DNA of 64,000 bases from Mustelus asterias (lineage: Eukaryota). Shown here piece by piece: positions 26,561-39,300 of this stretch. Every line of letters starts with the position of its first letter. The first letter of the stretch is position 1. The position numbers were made by a program, and so were the translations under genes. The notes beneath the pieces are model-generated. The model had not been told where the DNA came from, ran no database searches, and saw nothing but the letters and a program-made list of their open reading frames with translations. The DNA is taken from NCBI RefSeq assembly GCF_964213995.1, contig NW_027590164.1, forward strand, positions 868,001 to 932,000, given 5' to 3'.

Positions 26561-29302
26561 CAATGACACACTTGGAATAAAGGACCTTCTTCTATTTTTG
26601 AAGTAGTAAATCACAAATATGCGAATGTAGAACAGCAAATTTTAGGACCAGCTATCATCACATCCATCCGTCCACTCTCTGATTTCTCAATCAAAACATT
26701 CAGGCATCCAACTATCGTTCATCCCTGCATCAACGCAAGTATTCCTTTATTGTTGGGTAGATGGTGGCGTAATATTAATGCCAGTGTACCAGCAATCCAG
26801 AAGCCCAGGCCAATGATGTGGAGACACGAGATTAAATCCGACCCTGGCAGCTGGTGGAATTTGAATTCAATCAATAAATCTGGAATACATACTGACAGCG
26901 ACCAGATTATCCTCTCTGATTCCCCAATGAAGGAAATCTGCCATCCCTACCTGGTCTCATCAGGATGTGACTGCAGACGGACAGCAATATAACTAACTGG
27001 GCAATGCCTTCTGAGATGCCCTAGCTTAACACTCAGTTCAAAAGAAATTAGGGAAAGGGAATAAATGTTGGCCTTTCCAGAGATTCTGACGTCCCATGGA
27101 AGAATGAAGTGAAAGAAAACACAAGCATACATGTTTATCTAGTATAAAATATATCACCTCTCTGAATCAACTCTCATAATCTGCCGGTATTTTTTTTATA
27201 TCCATGCATCAATGTTTTGTTGTGTTGGAGAGATCATTATTGTTGCTAACAAGGTGCCAGAGAAGCTGAATACTTTCTTTTCCGAAGAAATGGGAAACAT
27301 TCATAGATGTTTGCAACTTAAAAATAATTAAATTGCCTCCAGTACTGTTGCTGGGTAGATTTGTTTATAAATAGGCCCCATTGACAATGCTGAGAGTTTG
27401 AAGTTGGCTTGCAGCCAAGTGTTCAGTACTGAGGAAACAGCTTTTTGATTTACTGAACAAACACCCTCAGATGCTTCCTGTAAATATTTTTGGGTATTTG
27501 GCAGCAGCCTGGACAGTTGCCAAATACTGCGTAGGACAGATTAACGTGAATCTGTAAGGATAACATGGGACTTAGTCAGTTATACAATAAATGTTTTATT
27601 CCCAAAAGGAAGGCACATTTTAAATGGTTTTTCTTCTAAGCAAATATTTTAAATGAATGCACTTTTCATTCTGTGATCAAAAAGTATCGGAAACTAGTCA
27701 ATTGACTTGATGCTATTTCATTTGTATAGCTTCCAAAGAAATGTCCTTCCAACAATTAAAGCCTCTTTATGAACAACTTATGCTGATGTCCCCAATCCCT
27801 CAGTCCCATGAGATCAGTGTAAAGGCACAAAAATGAAAATAATTAAAAGTAAAAGAAAATCATATATCTCCCTTGAACAGCAGGGATTTCTGGAATATTC
27901 TCAATGTTCTGCACCTCATTAAAAACTTATACCTGATGTATAACGTGTTCTTTTGTCCAGCATAATCTGATTTCAATGATTTAACAGTCCCTCTCATAAC
28001 TGCCAATGAGTGAAGAAATGACCAGTTCATAACCTGGTTCAGTGAAAGATAAAATATTTATTCTTGTGATATTGTGCATTATGCCGCAAAGTCCTGATAT
28101 CTTGTGTTCCCAATACCAGCTGCTCGCCAATAAAATGAACTGTCATGATTTGGATGCTGAAGGAGAACTTTCCTGATTGCCGTGTCCGTTCTAATTCATT
28201 AGCTTCTTTGTCAAAAGTCAATGTCAATTTTATGTTTCTCTGTCAACTCAATGCTTAATTGTAAGTCAAGAAGTTTTCTTTCACCGTTAATTTTCACAGG
28301 GTTAAGGAGCTGTTGGGGAAATATAATGTTTAACATTGTATCAGATAAGGAGTTTATTTTGTTAATTTTTTCATGGGCGGCACGGTGGCATAGTGGTTAC
28401 CATTGCTGCTTCACAGCATCAGGGACCGTGGTTCAATTCCCGGAATGGGTCACTGCCTGTGTGAAGTCTGCACATTCTCCAATTGTCTGCCTGTTTATTC
28501 CCATTGTCCAAAGATATGCCGATTCGGTTGATTGGCGATGATGAATTGTCCCATACAATCAAGTGAATTAGCAGGGATGGGAACAGGGCCTGGCTAGGAG
28601 CGTTGTCGGTGTGGGCCCGATATGCTCCTAATGCACTGCAGGGATTCTATGGATATGGGTGCTGCTGGCTGATCAATATTTATTGCCCACCCATTGTCGA
28701 GGGCAGTTGAGAGCTAAACACATTGCTGTGGCCCTGCAATCACATGTAGGCTAGATGAGGTAAGGACGGCATATTTCCTGCTCGAAAGGACATTAATGAA
28801 CCAGATAGGTTTTTACACAATCGACAATGATATCATGGTCATAAGTAGATTCTTAATTCCAGACGTTTTTACTGAATTTAAATTCCACCACCTGCCGTTC
28901 CGGGATTCGAAGCCGGGTCCTGAGAACATTAGTTGAGTTTGTGGATTAATTGTCTCGCAATAATAGCGCTGGGCCACTGCTTCCCTCCTTCTTATATCCA
29001 GTCCCAAATTACAGTGATAGCTATCCACACCTGAAACACAATCATCCCAGCATTAAGTTACATAAATCGATAATAATTCTTCTAATGAATTATCTTTCGC
29101 TGTAATGTGTCAGAGACACAGAATCATTGTAAATCAGACTGACGGCTTTACCCTGATAAGGTAATGTCATCTGTTTATGTCCATTCCCTTGTGAAGGGGT
29201 GCAGAAATAAAGGCACTTAATTTACAATGAAATTGTTTCTTTTCTGTAACAGATGCTCAAATGCAATTTCACCTCTTGGACGAGCAGAGACATGACAATG
29301 GA

Positions 29303-30237
29303 TCTCACTGTTACTCCCTCGGGTTAGTCTGTCTCTGGAATGTTCCATTGTCAGCAATCAATTCACCGGGAATAACCCTTGGTGTTTTTGATATATTTCA
29401 TTTGATTTCATTTGACTTATTATTATCGCATACATGAGTACACAGTGCAAATTATTGTTTCTTGCGCACTGTACAGTCAGAGCATAACGTATATAGGGAA
29501 GGAAGGGAGAGAGTGAATAATGTAATTTTGCAGTCATAGCTGGGGTGTAGAGAAAGATGAACTTAAGGCGACGTAGGTCCATTCAAACGGCTGATTGCAG
29601 CAGGAAATACATTGTTTTTGAGTCGGTTTATACGTGTCCTCAGACTTTTGTATCTTGTTCCCGATGGAATACGGTGAGAGAGTATGTCCGGAGTGCGTGG
29701 CGTTTTATTTTCAGAGGACTTTAGATATTTTTACAAGTGTCGAATCGGAGGTTGTGTTGAGTCAGCGAGAGGCAGAAAGTGGGCGCCCCTGAAACTCTTT
29801 GAGACTGATCTGCAAAGCCAACGCGTTCAATATTGGCAGTAACTGGATGGTCTGGGTCCGACAGGTCCACGAACAGTGGTTACAGTGTCTTCTTCAGTAC
29901 GATAGTCTTGGGTCAACCTACATTTCCTCCACCCCAGGGATTGAGAATCAATTTACTCCACCCAAAGACACTTCAAACAACGGAAAGAGAAAATGCTGGA
30001 AAATCTCAGCAAGTCTGGCAGCATCTGTTAGGAAAGAGAAGAGCTGACTTTTCGATTCCAGATGACCCTTTGTCAAAACATTCGAAATGTCAGCTATTTT
30101 CTCTCCTCACAAATATTGCCAGGCCTGCTGAGATTTTCCAGCATTTTCTCTTTTGGGTTCAATTCCAGGATCCGCAATAATTTGATTTTATACTTTAAAC
30201 GACATCTTCTCTTTGGAAATAAGTGGAAACCGAAGAT
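29303..30237 (+). pseudogene. IGHV: Truncated IgH V pseudogene (leader-intron remnant 29303-29398; V exon 29737-30237)
   Basis: EVVLSQREAESGRP*NSLRLICKANAFNIGSNWMVWVRQ...KDTSNN[210-bp insert]IFSLEIS..TED; acceptor AG>AA at 29735-29736, TGA at 29790, no YYC or RSS, promoter and leader deleted. Confidence 0.9.
29982..30191. mobile_element. Fold-back (Penelope-derived/MER6-like) element inside the pseudo-V
   Basis: Inverted arms AAAATGCTGGAAAATCTCAGCA / TGCTGAGATTTTCCAGCATTTT; TSD acttcaaacaac 29970-29981 vs actttaaacgac 30192-30203. Confidence 0.85.
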
Positions 30238-31928
30238 TTCTATCTTCACCCTATCTGTCCTACATAGACTCCAATTCTACTATGATGAAAATGACTTCTA
30301 ACCACTACTGAAATTGCCAGGCATGCCAGTCAGTTGTCTCAAAGCTGCTATGGAGAAACAAATAATAAAATCATCCAGAGGGCAGGTTTCAACCAGGTGG
30401 TTCACACCCGCCTTCTCAGCAGGGACAACTAAATGTTGGCTTTGTCAGTGATGCTCACATCCAGAGGATCAATAACAACAGTGTAAAGTGCTGCCGATTC
30501 TGGAAATCTAAAACTAAAGCAAAACAAATGCTACTCAGCAGGTCAGTGTGCATCAGCAGATAGAGAACAAGATTCACATTTAAATTCAATGCCAGGATGC
30601 AAAATCTCATTGATATAATTCTAAAGAGCAAGGCTGTTCTCCTCAATATCCTACCTTAATACTGATTCTTCAAACAAAATCACAAATTTACTGGCAATTT
30701 ATCACATCTCGGTTTGTGGGAGTTTGTTGCACGTACATTACCTGTTGTATTAGCAACATGATAGCGGTGACTAAATTCAGCAAAGGTACATTAGTGAGTT
30801 TTAAGAACTTTGGGACTACATGAAGTCGGGTAAAGCGTTCTATAAATGTAAGCTCTACCAAAATGAAAGTTGCAATACGTTGGAAGTGCTGAGAGATTAA
30901 TGCGAATATATTCATTCCTCTGCCTGATCATAGCAGCATAGAATCATAGAATCCAGTGTAGCGCAGTAGGAGGCCATTAGGCCCATCAAGCCTGTAGCTG
31001 CTTTCCAGCAGCGCATCCTATCCAGGCCCAAGCCTTCACCCTACCCCGACAACCTCACATATTCAGAGGCTAATGACTCTAACCTACACATCGTTGGCCG
31101 CGAAGGGGCAATTTAGAATCTCCAATCCACCTTGGGCCTGGGAATGATGCCCTGCTGGACAGCTGGTGCAGACTTGATGGACCGAATGGTCTCCTTCTGC
31201 ACTGTCGGGATTCTGTGATTCTACGTTACTCACCCTTGGACTCAAAGGAGCAATTTATCGTACCAATCCACCTAACCCGTACATCCTTGGACTGTGGAAG
31301 GAAACCGGAGCACCCGGAGGAAACTCACATGGACATGGTAGAATGTGAAAAACCACACACAGTCAGCCAATGTTGGAATCGAACCCCCTTCCCTGTCACT
31401 GTGAGGCAGCAATGCTACTTGTATCACTTAGTGATAACCACACTGGATTTTTTATTCTTCCCTCGTGGGAGTCTGCTCACTAATTGTGACAGGAATATTT
31501 CACACACCAGTTCTCTTTGTTTTAACTTGACTAGTTGAAGCAATTTAGATCATCACTCAAATTAACATTCAGTGGAATACCAATCTGTTCACAGATATTT
31601 TATTTACTGTGACATCAGAACTTGCAGAACAAATTCTTAAATAGAATGTATTTATTCATTTAATAAAGAGCATCTTGTGTAATGTATGTTAAAAATGTTT
31701 CTATTCATTTTGAACCAACTGTTAATATTCTTAAAATAATCGCTATTTTGAGTTGAAACTAATGAATAAGTGACGGTTTATCTGTTTTTGCTGCCATGAA
31801 CATTTTATTGTAAACAGTGAGGAGCTTATGTAAATAAACACAGAAATAGAAATCCCAGATTAGATTGTTGACTGACAAAAACACAACAAATATTTCCCCA
31901 CCAACACAGCACAGAAATAGAGACAAAC

Positions 31929-31936
31929 ATGCAAAT
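31929..31936 (+). promoter_or_regulatory. Octamer ATGCAAAT in conserved block, ~9.4 kb upstream of the leader ATG
   Basis: Exact octamer within a ~92%-identical paralogous block. Confidence 0.5.
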
Positions 31937-34565
31937 CGATCAACGGATTCCAGAAATTGTTGTTTTTATACATTATTTATTCAGCAATTATATGAGGGAA
32001 AAAATCATGACAATATCTATGTTCAGAATTAAGAAAGGATCCCGAAATATAATAACACGAAAAATGTGTTCGTGGAAATTCCCTGTGTTTCATCTCTGTC
32101 TCTGGCTTTCTCCTTCTGGTTCTGAGTCTTGTCTCTTCACGATAGTTCATCGTCTTCACTCCACAACCTCAATTCAATGTTGCCCAATGTATTCTCTCAG
32201 CCAGAGTTGTAAGGAATGCAATGCAATGAATTGGAATCCGTGAGGGAGATTTACTCTAAAGGATCTCTTGAACATTCTATGATCTTGGGATATTTTATAC
32301 ATTTTCCTCTGTATCTAACCTGTGTTGTACCTCGTAAACAGGATTCGATGTGGCAGTACAAAAGAAATTTTCCTTGTATTTATGCCTGCCCTTGGACTGT
32401 TTGACTGGACGGTGTAGAGGAATATTTACTCTGCATCTAAACTCACGTACCTGCCCTTTGAATGTTTGATATTACTTGCAAAGGGAGATTTAATCCGTAT
32501 CTAATCTCTGCTGTACCTGACCTGGGTGTATTTTATGGGACTGTGTAGAGGGATCTTCCCCCTCTACCGAACACCAATTCAAACTTGCCTCCCGAATCTC
32601 TGAAGGAAAAATGCAGAAGTGGTTTTACCTCGAAGAGAGTCCCTTGTCTGTATGCCTTCATTGTATTCGAGCAGACATTGTAGAGGGGGTTTCACTCTGT
32701 TTCTAGACAGTCTACCTTTTCCAGGAATGTTTGATTTTGATAGTGAGAGGGAGGGTCACTTTGTATCTCAATCATGCTGTTCCTGCCTTGGGAGTGTTAA
32801 ATTTGGCAATGCAGGGGGAACTTTACAGATAACCCCATGTTGCTCCTGTCCTGTGAATTTTTGATGGAGCAGTAGGCCGTCTCTCCAGATTTCATGGGGA
32901 TTGAACCAGTCTCTTTATTAGACAGTAAATTTACCCTGTGTCAGCTTCTATTATATAAGGTCATGCCTCGGTTTATGTTGCAGTGGACCCTATCTCTGCA
33001 CATAATAAACGAGGTGCTTTCTCTGATTCTACTAAATTAGACCTTGACCCTGTTTATATTATACATCAACATGTTTCAGCTTATATCAAACTAGACGCTG
33101 TATCGTTTTTTATTAATTTAGACCTGTCTCTGTTTGTATTAAACTATTTGGAGCCTTATTTCTGCATTTGACCCTATCCACGTTTATATTGCATTGGACA
33201 TGGTCTCAGTTTTTATTGCACTGGACAATGTCAGTAATGAGGAAAGTGTTTCGGGGGACACAATTCTCTGCATCCTCCTGAACATGGAACGCTATGAGGT
33301 CTTTGGCACTGGAAAAGAAGCAGTGTTATCTGAAATCTACTTCTGCTGACTGCATTGAAAATGGATACTAAGACCTGTATAGCATGCACTGTCAACACAG
33401 AACAAAGAACAAGAAAAGATACTGCAGAGGAGCAGGCCCTTCAGCACTGGAAGCCCGCACCGACCAAATACTGTCGATCCACTACTGCCTGTTTCAGAAT
33501 CCTGCCAGAGATCACTGTTTTTCATCCAACATAATATCTCTTCTTCTCGTAGAACCGTGGAGGAATGCAGACATCATTCAAATAGAGGCAAAGTTAAGTG
33601 CAGGCATAACACTGACACAGTCTAGTGAAATATGTACAGGGTCAGGATCAAATATTACTTAACCAGCGAGTGTGGCTCGTGCAATATAAACTGATTTCTA
33701 GTCTAGCAGTGTATTAACAGAGACAGACTCTAATTTAACATAAACGGGGTCCTGATCCAGCAAAATAGAAATGGGTTTGTTCCGAGTGCCATGTAGGGAT
33801 GGTCAAAGGCCAAATGCTGATCTTTTCAGTGACATCCATATCCCATGAAACAAACATTACAAATATATATGACAATGTCGAGGAAAATAAAACTGAGACA
33901 CTGTCTCGTGCAGTTTTACTGGACATAGGAGTTCGGCATATAAACTGAGACAGAGCCCGGTAATTAATGATACTGGACCTAAATTTCTTTAGACTGAGAC
34001 GGAGTCAAGTGCATTAATAATAATTACTAATAGATACAGGGCAGTGACAGATGTAAACTGAGACCAATGTATTAGTAATGATTACTGATACAGTATCTAG
34101 ATTGATGTAAACTGAGACAGAGTCCAGTTTATTTGTAATAATTACTGGTACAGGCCTAGACTGATACACACTGAGATACGGACAATGCAGCAATTAGGAG
34201 ATATTGCAACATGCAATTATAGCTGAGACGTGACATAGTCTTAAATAAATAAATACATGGACTGGTGCAGCATTAACGTAAACAGGATCGAGTTTATCAA
34301 AATCTAATGAACTATTAGCATAATAACTGTGACAGAACCATGTGTCATGCATGAAACAGTTGCTCCAGTTTAGTATGCAGTGGCAAATGTTCTGAGGCAG
34401 TAAGAATCGAGACACGGCCTCTTATCAGATCAGCAGAAGCATGGTTCAGTACAGCCATAACTTAGAAATTATAATATAAACAGGGCCTGTGTCTCATATA
34501 CGAACACCTGATATTGAGCCAAGCGCAGGAAATAGCTTAGACATGACCTCCTGGAATATGATCCA

Positions 34566-35258
34566 CGTAAGAAGTCTCACAACACCAGGTTAAAGTCCAA
34601 CACGTTTATTTGGTAGCAAATACCATAAGCTTTCGGAGCACTGCTCCTTCGTCAGATGGAGTGGAAATGTGCTCTCAAACAGTGCACAGACACAGAAATC
34701 AAGTTACAGAATACTAATTAGAATTTGGCTATCAGTTTCTGCTCAGCGACTCTGCGCTGTCGTGTGTCGTGAAGGCCGCCTTGGAGAACGCTTACCTGAA
34801 GATCCAAGGCTGAATGCCCGTGACTGCTGAAGTGCTCCCCCACAGGAAGAAACTGATAGCCAAATTCTGCTCACATGAGGACGGCCTAAACCGGGACGTT
34901 GGATTTATGTCACACTATCAGTAACCCCCAGAGCTTGCCTCCTGGGCTTGCAGAATCTCACTAGCTGTTCTGTCTGGAGACAATACACATCTCTTTAACC
35001 TGTGCTTAATGCTCCCTCCACCACATTGCCTGTACCTTTAAGACCTGGGTGGCTTTAGGGATTCGCATTCTAATTAGTATTCTGTAACTTGATTTCTGTC
35101 TCTGTGCACTGTTTGAGAGCAAATTTCCCCTCCATCTGACGAAGGAGCAGTGCTCCGAAAGCTTATGGTATTTTCTACCAAATAAACCTGTTGGACTTTA
35201 ACCTGGTGTTGTGAGACTTCTTACTGTGTTCACCCCAGTCCAACGCCGGCATCTCCAC
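34566..35258. mobile_element. Penelope-like element with inverted pLTRs and GIY-YIG C-terminus
   Basis: Minus strand LPVGEHFSSHGHS...RRVAEQKLIAKF, plus strand KLIAKF...GLNRD; inverted arms; perfect TSD ATATGATCCA at 34556-34565 and 35259-35268. Confidence 0.9.
35132..35168 (+). ncRNA. Minimal hammerhead ribozyme motif (inverted twin at 34623-34659)
   Basis: ccat-CTGACGA-a-GGAGC-agt-GCTCC-GAAA-gctta-tgg: core, stem II, palindromic AAGCTT stem III. Confidence 0.7.
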
Positions 35259-36329
35259 ATATGATCCAGGCACAGCCTACTGTAATACAGACAGAGGCAG
35301 AGGCTAGCTGAATATAGGCAGAGATATGGTATGTTTAAAATTGTTGTGATTTTGATGTCACTGGCAAAGTCAGCTTTTGTTGCCAAACCATGAATTCCTT
35401 TGAGAATGTGGTGGCAAGCTTTGGGAAGCTGGTGGGTGGGGTGTTCTTCGAGTCAGCTACTTTCTCCAGAATGACATTGAGCTTTTGAGTGGCACAAGTC
35501 AGGCAAGTAGAGAATATTCAATCATCTGTGTCGGCACAGACTTGGTGGGCCGAAGGGCCTGTTCCCGTGCTTTACTGTTCTGTGATATTTGTTCACACTC
35601 CAGCCTTTTGCCTTGTCGATGATGGATAGGAGTTGGGAATTCAGGAGGTGCGTTGTTCACAGCAGAACTCCGAGCGTCTGACCTGCTCCTGTGGCCACAT
35701 GATTTAAACGTCTGTCTCCGTTCAGATTTTCACGAATTATAATTCATAGGATGTTGATAGTGGGCGAATTCAGCGATGGGTAATGCCATTTAATGTCATG
35801 GGGGTTGGTTTGGAATCTCCCTCATTGGAGACTGTCATTGCCTGCCACTTGTGGTGCATTAATGTTCCTTGTCATTCGTTAGCCAAACACTAAATGTTTT
35901 CGAAGTCTTACTGCATATGGACACAGACTGTTTCAGTATCTGAGGAGCCGCGACTGGTGCTGAACTATGTGCAATCATCAGTGAAAATCCCACTTCTGAA
36001 ATTTGATGAAGGCTGAAGCTTGGGGCTAGGTCACCAACCTGAAGAATTCCTGCAGCAATGCGTGTGACTGGCATGATTGGCCATCAACAATCATCTTCCT
36101 TTGTGCTCAGTATGACTCAGGCAGTGGACTCTGTTCCCCCTGATTCCCATTGACTGCAGTTTCGCTCGGGCTCCTTGATGCCACAAACGGTCAGACGCTG
36201 CGTCCATGACAAGGGCAGGCACTCTCTATTCATCTTTTTAATTTATTTTTTAAAATCCATATTTGGGCTCTTTCCAAATCATTTCTGGAATCGAGTGCTC
36301 CTTGCGGGTCCCAAATTGAGCATCTTGGT

Positions 36330-39300
36330 TTGTGTGTGTGTTGTGTGAAATACATCGTGTTTGATACAAATTAATTCCACAATGATCACGTGCATCCTTC
36401 CATTTACACTGCATGACGGACACACAATAAACACATCCAATTCAGATTGGCTTCCTTTACATATGTCACCTTTTCTGATGATTGAGGAGGCCAATTTTTG
36501 AAAAGTTAGTTCGGCCACAAGTGCTGCCCATAAAGCTACCATTCGTCATTGTGTGTTATTGTTTTTGTATCATGAATGGATATTAGGAGCTTTGGTGTAG
36601 AACCAGTTATCACCAAAATCCTGTATTCCTTGCCCTGCTGACGGTGGTGAATGTCTTAGCGAGATTGACCGAAGTACGTTAAAGATATGGACATATATGG
36701 AACATGGAGAAGTTGTTGGCTGGAGTAAATCTTCCAATACAATCACTAAACTGCACATCAGATATACCCGGTCTGCAAGCAGATGATGTATTTCAAGTGT
36801 GACCCCAGCAAAGATCTTTCCCGTGATGTTATGACTGAGATATGCCTATAGTTGTAACAGTCTCTTCCATCGGTTTAGTTTGCAAAAATGTGTGATAAAT
36901 TTGAATCATGCATGTCTTATGGAATTGTGGGTGCCATGGTTGCACAGTGGTTAGCTCTGTTGCCTCACAGTGCCAGGGCCACTGGTTTGGTTCCCGGCGT
37001 GGGTCAGTGTCTGTGCGGAGTCTGTACATTCTCCCCGTTTATGCGTGGATTTCTTCTGGGTGGTCCAGTTTCTTGCACAAGTCCGAACAGGCATGCTGGT
37101 AATGTGCACTGGCCAGGCTAAATTCTCCCTCAGTGTACCCGAACAGACGCTACAGTGTGGCGACTCGGGGATTTTCACAGTGACTTCAAAGCACTGTTAA
37201 TGTAAGCCTACTTGTGACATTAATAAATGAACTACAAACCTTAAATCTTCCAGCAAATAAGGAGAATGTCATAAATGTTCAGAAAGATAGTAATTATTTT
37301 CACTAATGACCGTCCATTCACAATTTAATAAATGCATTCACCAATTCTCATTCATTCGCAAAGGTTAGTCTATTTAAAATTACTTTATGGAAGGTGGGTG
37401 ACTGTCTAAGCTATAATTTATTTCACATTGCTAAGTGCATTCGGTAAGCTGGTGGTTAGCCGCCTTCTTGAACCGCTGCACAACCTGCAGTGTAGGTACA
37501 CCCACAGTGCTGTTAGGAAGGGTTCTCCTGCATTCCGACCCAGCGACAGTAAAGGAGCGGTAATATATGTCCAAGTCAGGTTTATAAGCGTCTTGGAGGG
37601 GAATATCCAGGCGGGGTAGTTCAAATTCATCAATTAACATCAATTAATACAGATAAACAATTATTTCACCAATTATATTCAGCACTTTAATAAATGCAAA
37701 ACATGGCGGATTCTGGAAACTGAAACAAAAACAATAAATTCTGAAAATCTCAACAGGTCTGACAGCATCTGTGATGAGAGAATAGAGTCAAAGTTTCGAA
37801 TCAGGATGACCCTTTTTTTATTTGGAGAAAATTGAAGAGGGCGATGGCATTGGGAAATGATGAGGGTGGAAAGGGATTAGGAAGTTTCTTTAGGATATAG
37901 TTAGTGATTGAGACGTTGATTAGGTTAGTTAGCATGGTTAAGTTGATTATGATATTTGGGATCGGTATGTACGTTGATGCAGCTTGTGTGTGGCTCGAAA
38001 TAGTGCATATAATTAAACAGTGCCTATTTGAACTATTCACATCTCACAAGAAAGTTATGCAGCTTGTCTGACACCTTGTTGGATACAATGATAATCTCCC
38101 CAACGCATTAGGAATACTCTGCCGAAGCGTCATCCAGACTCGAAACGTTGGGTCTATTCTGTCTCCACAGATGCTGTCAGATCTGCTGAGATTTTCCAGC
38201 ATTTTCTGTTTGTTCTCAGTATTTCATTCTGTACAACTTTGCTTTGAATAATTTATTGATATTAACATTTCTTGACATTGTATTGGCCTTTTTGTCACCA
38301 AGGATAAAAATCTGTCCCAGAATGCAGTGGGAAATTCAATGAATTCAGACTGAGGATCATGAGTCGCTACCCAGCAGTCTCTGCGCTTTAAACTCCTGAT
38401 ACATAACTGGTGTGATGATTTCCAAAGTAATGATATGAATTAAACTACCTTGCACCTAATATGATTTTACTGAATTTTTAAATTGCGATTCATTATTACA
38501 TTGTTTTGGGAAATAATGTAACACTTGTAGTTGTCCAGTGAGTTTCACAATATGTCTGTTGCCACATTATTTATTTTACAGCTTGTTACCTTCACTAATT
38601 TGGGTGAGGGCATGTTGAGTGATTTGCTGCACATGTTTCAAATATTACAATCCTCCCTCCTCAGCCAAATCATGTCCCCTCTTTCGATCTTGGATATGAA
38701 TATTCAGCATCAGCAGAGAAATGAACCATCCGTGCCGCAGCAAAATCCCCTCTTCTTTTCGTGAGGATCAGTTTGCTAACTCCCGAGAAAATCGGGTTTG
38801 ATTTCACCCAGACCCTCTGGAAGCATTGAAGTTATTAGGCTGACAGAAATGGAATCAAGGAACGGTTTCAATTTATGAACCAGTCAAGTACAAATCTGGG
38901 AATGTGGAACAGCATCTTTCAGTACCATTTAACAATGCATCCATCAATCCGTTCACTGATTCCTCAATCAAAATATTCAGCCATCCAACTGATAGTCATT
39001 TCATTCATGCCACGGTCATTCATTCCGTTATCAACACAGTCATTCATTTATTGTTTGCGCAGATGGTGACGTAATATTAATTGAAGTGGCCCAGTGATCC
39101 AGAGACCCAGGACAATGATGTGGGGACAGGGATTTAAATAGGAGCATTGCAGCTGGTGGAATTTGAATTCAATAAATAAGGAACAGATACGAATGGCGAC
39201 CATCGGACCCTCTCTGATTCCCCAATGAGTGAAATCTGCCATCGCTACCTGGTCTCACAAGGATGTGACTCCAGATGGACAGCAAAATAGCTGACTCCTT

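Larger units (their letters stand above)
19335..28330 (-). other. Long decayed Mononegavirales L gene, copy 1 (RdRp to connector), interrupted by LINEs/SINEs
   Basis: 139-codon stop-free frame 21367-21783 with GEQGLPYLGKSRT and FVTEPTSQKL; also YDVFQ, HLCFLGGLR...YIFP, EQTY (21024-21035), YLDLLFGLFDFL (~19620-19660), VQNYATL (~21887-21907). Confidence 0.75.
13680..30237 (+). repeat. Paralogous IgH 5'-flank copy 1 (collinear with 30238-41745)
   Basis: Collinear matches 13690~30250, 14600~31740, 15730~33250, 21240~36340, 23060~38290, 27330~39610, 28020~40320, 29000~40690, then V exon. Confidence 0.9.

Noticed and set aside
36340-36450. PD-(D/E)xK nuclease-like VIIVEL peptide
   Set aside because: Single weak motif; the surrounding frame is explained by the L capping domain
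37815-38118. NUMT interpretation (C/A-rich strand)
   Set aside because: No recognisable mitochondrial gene or tRNA; L-like peptides fit better
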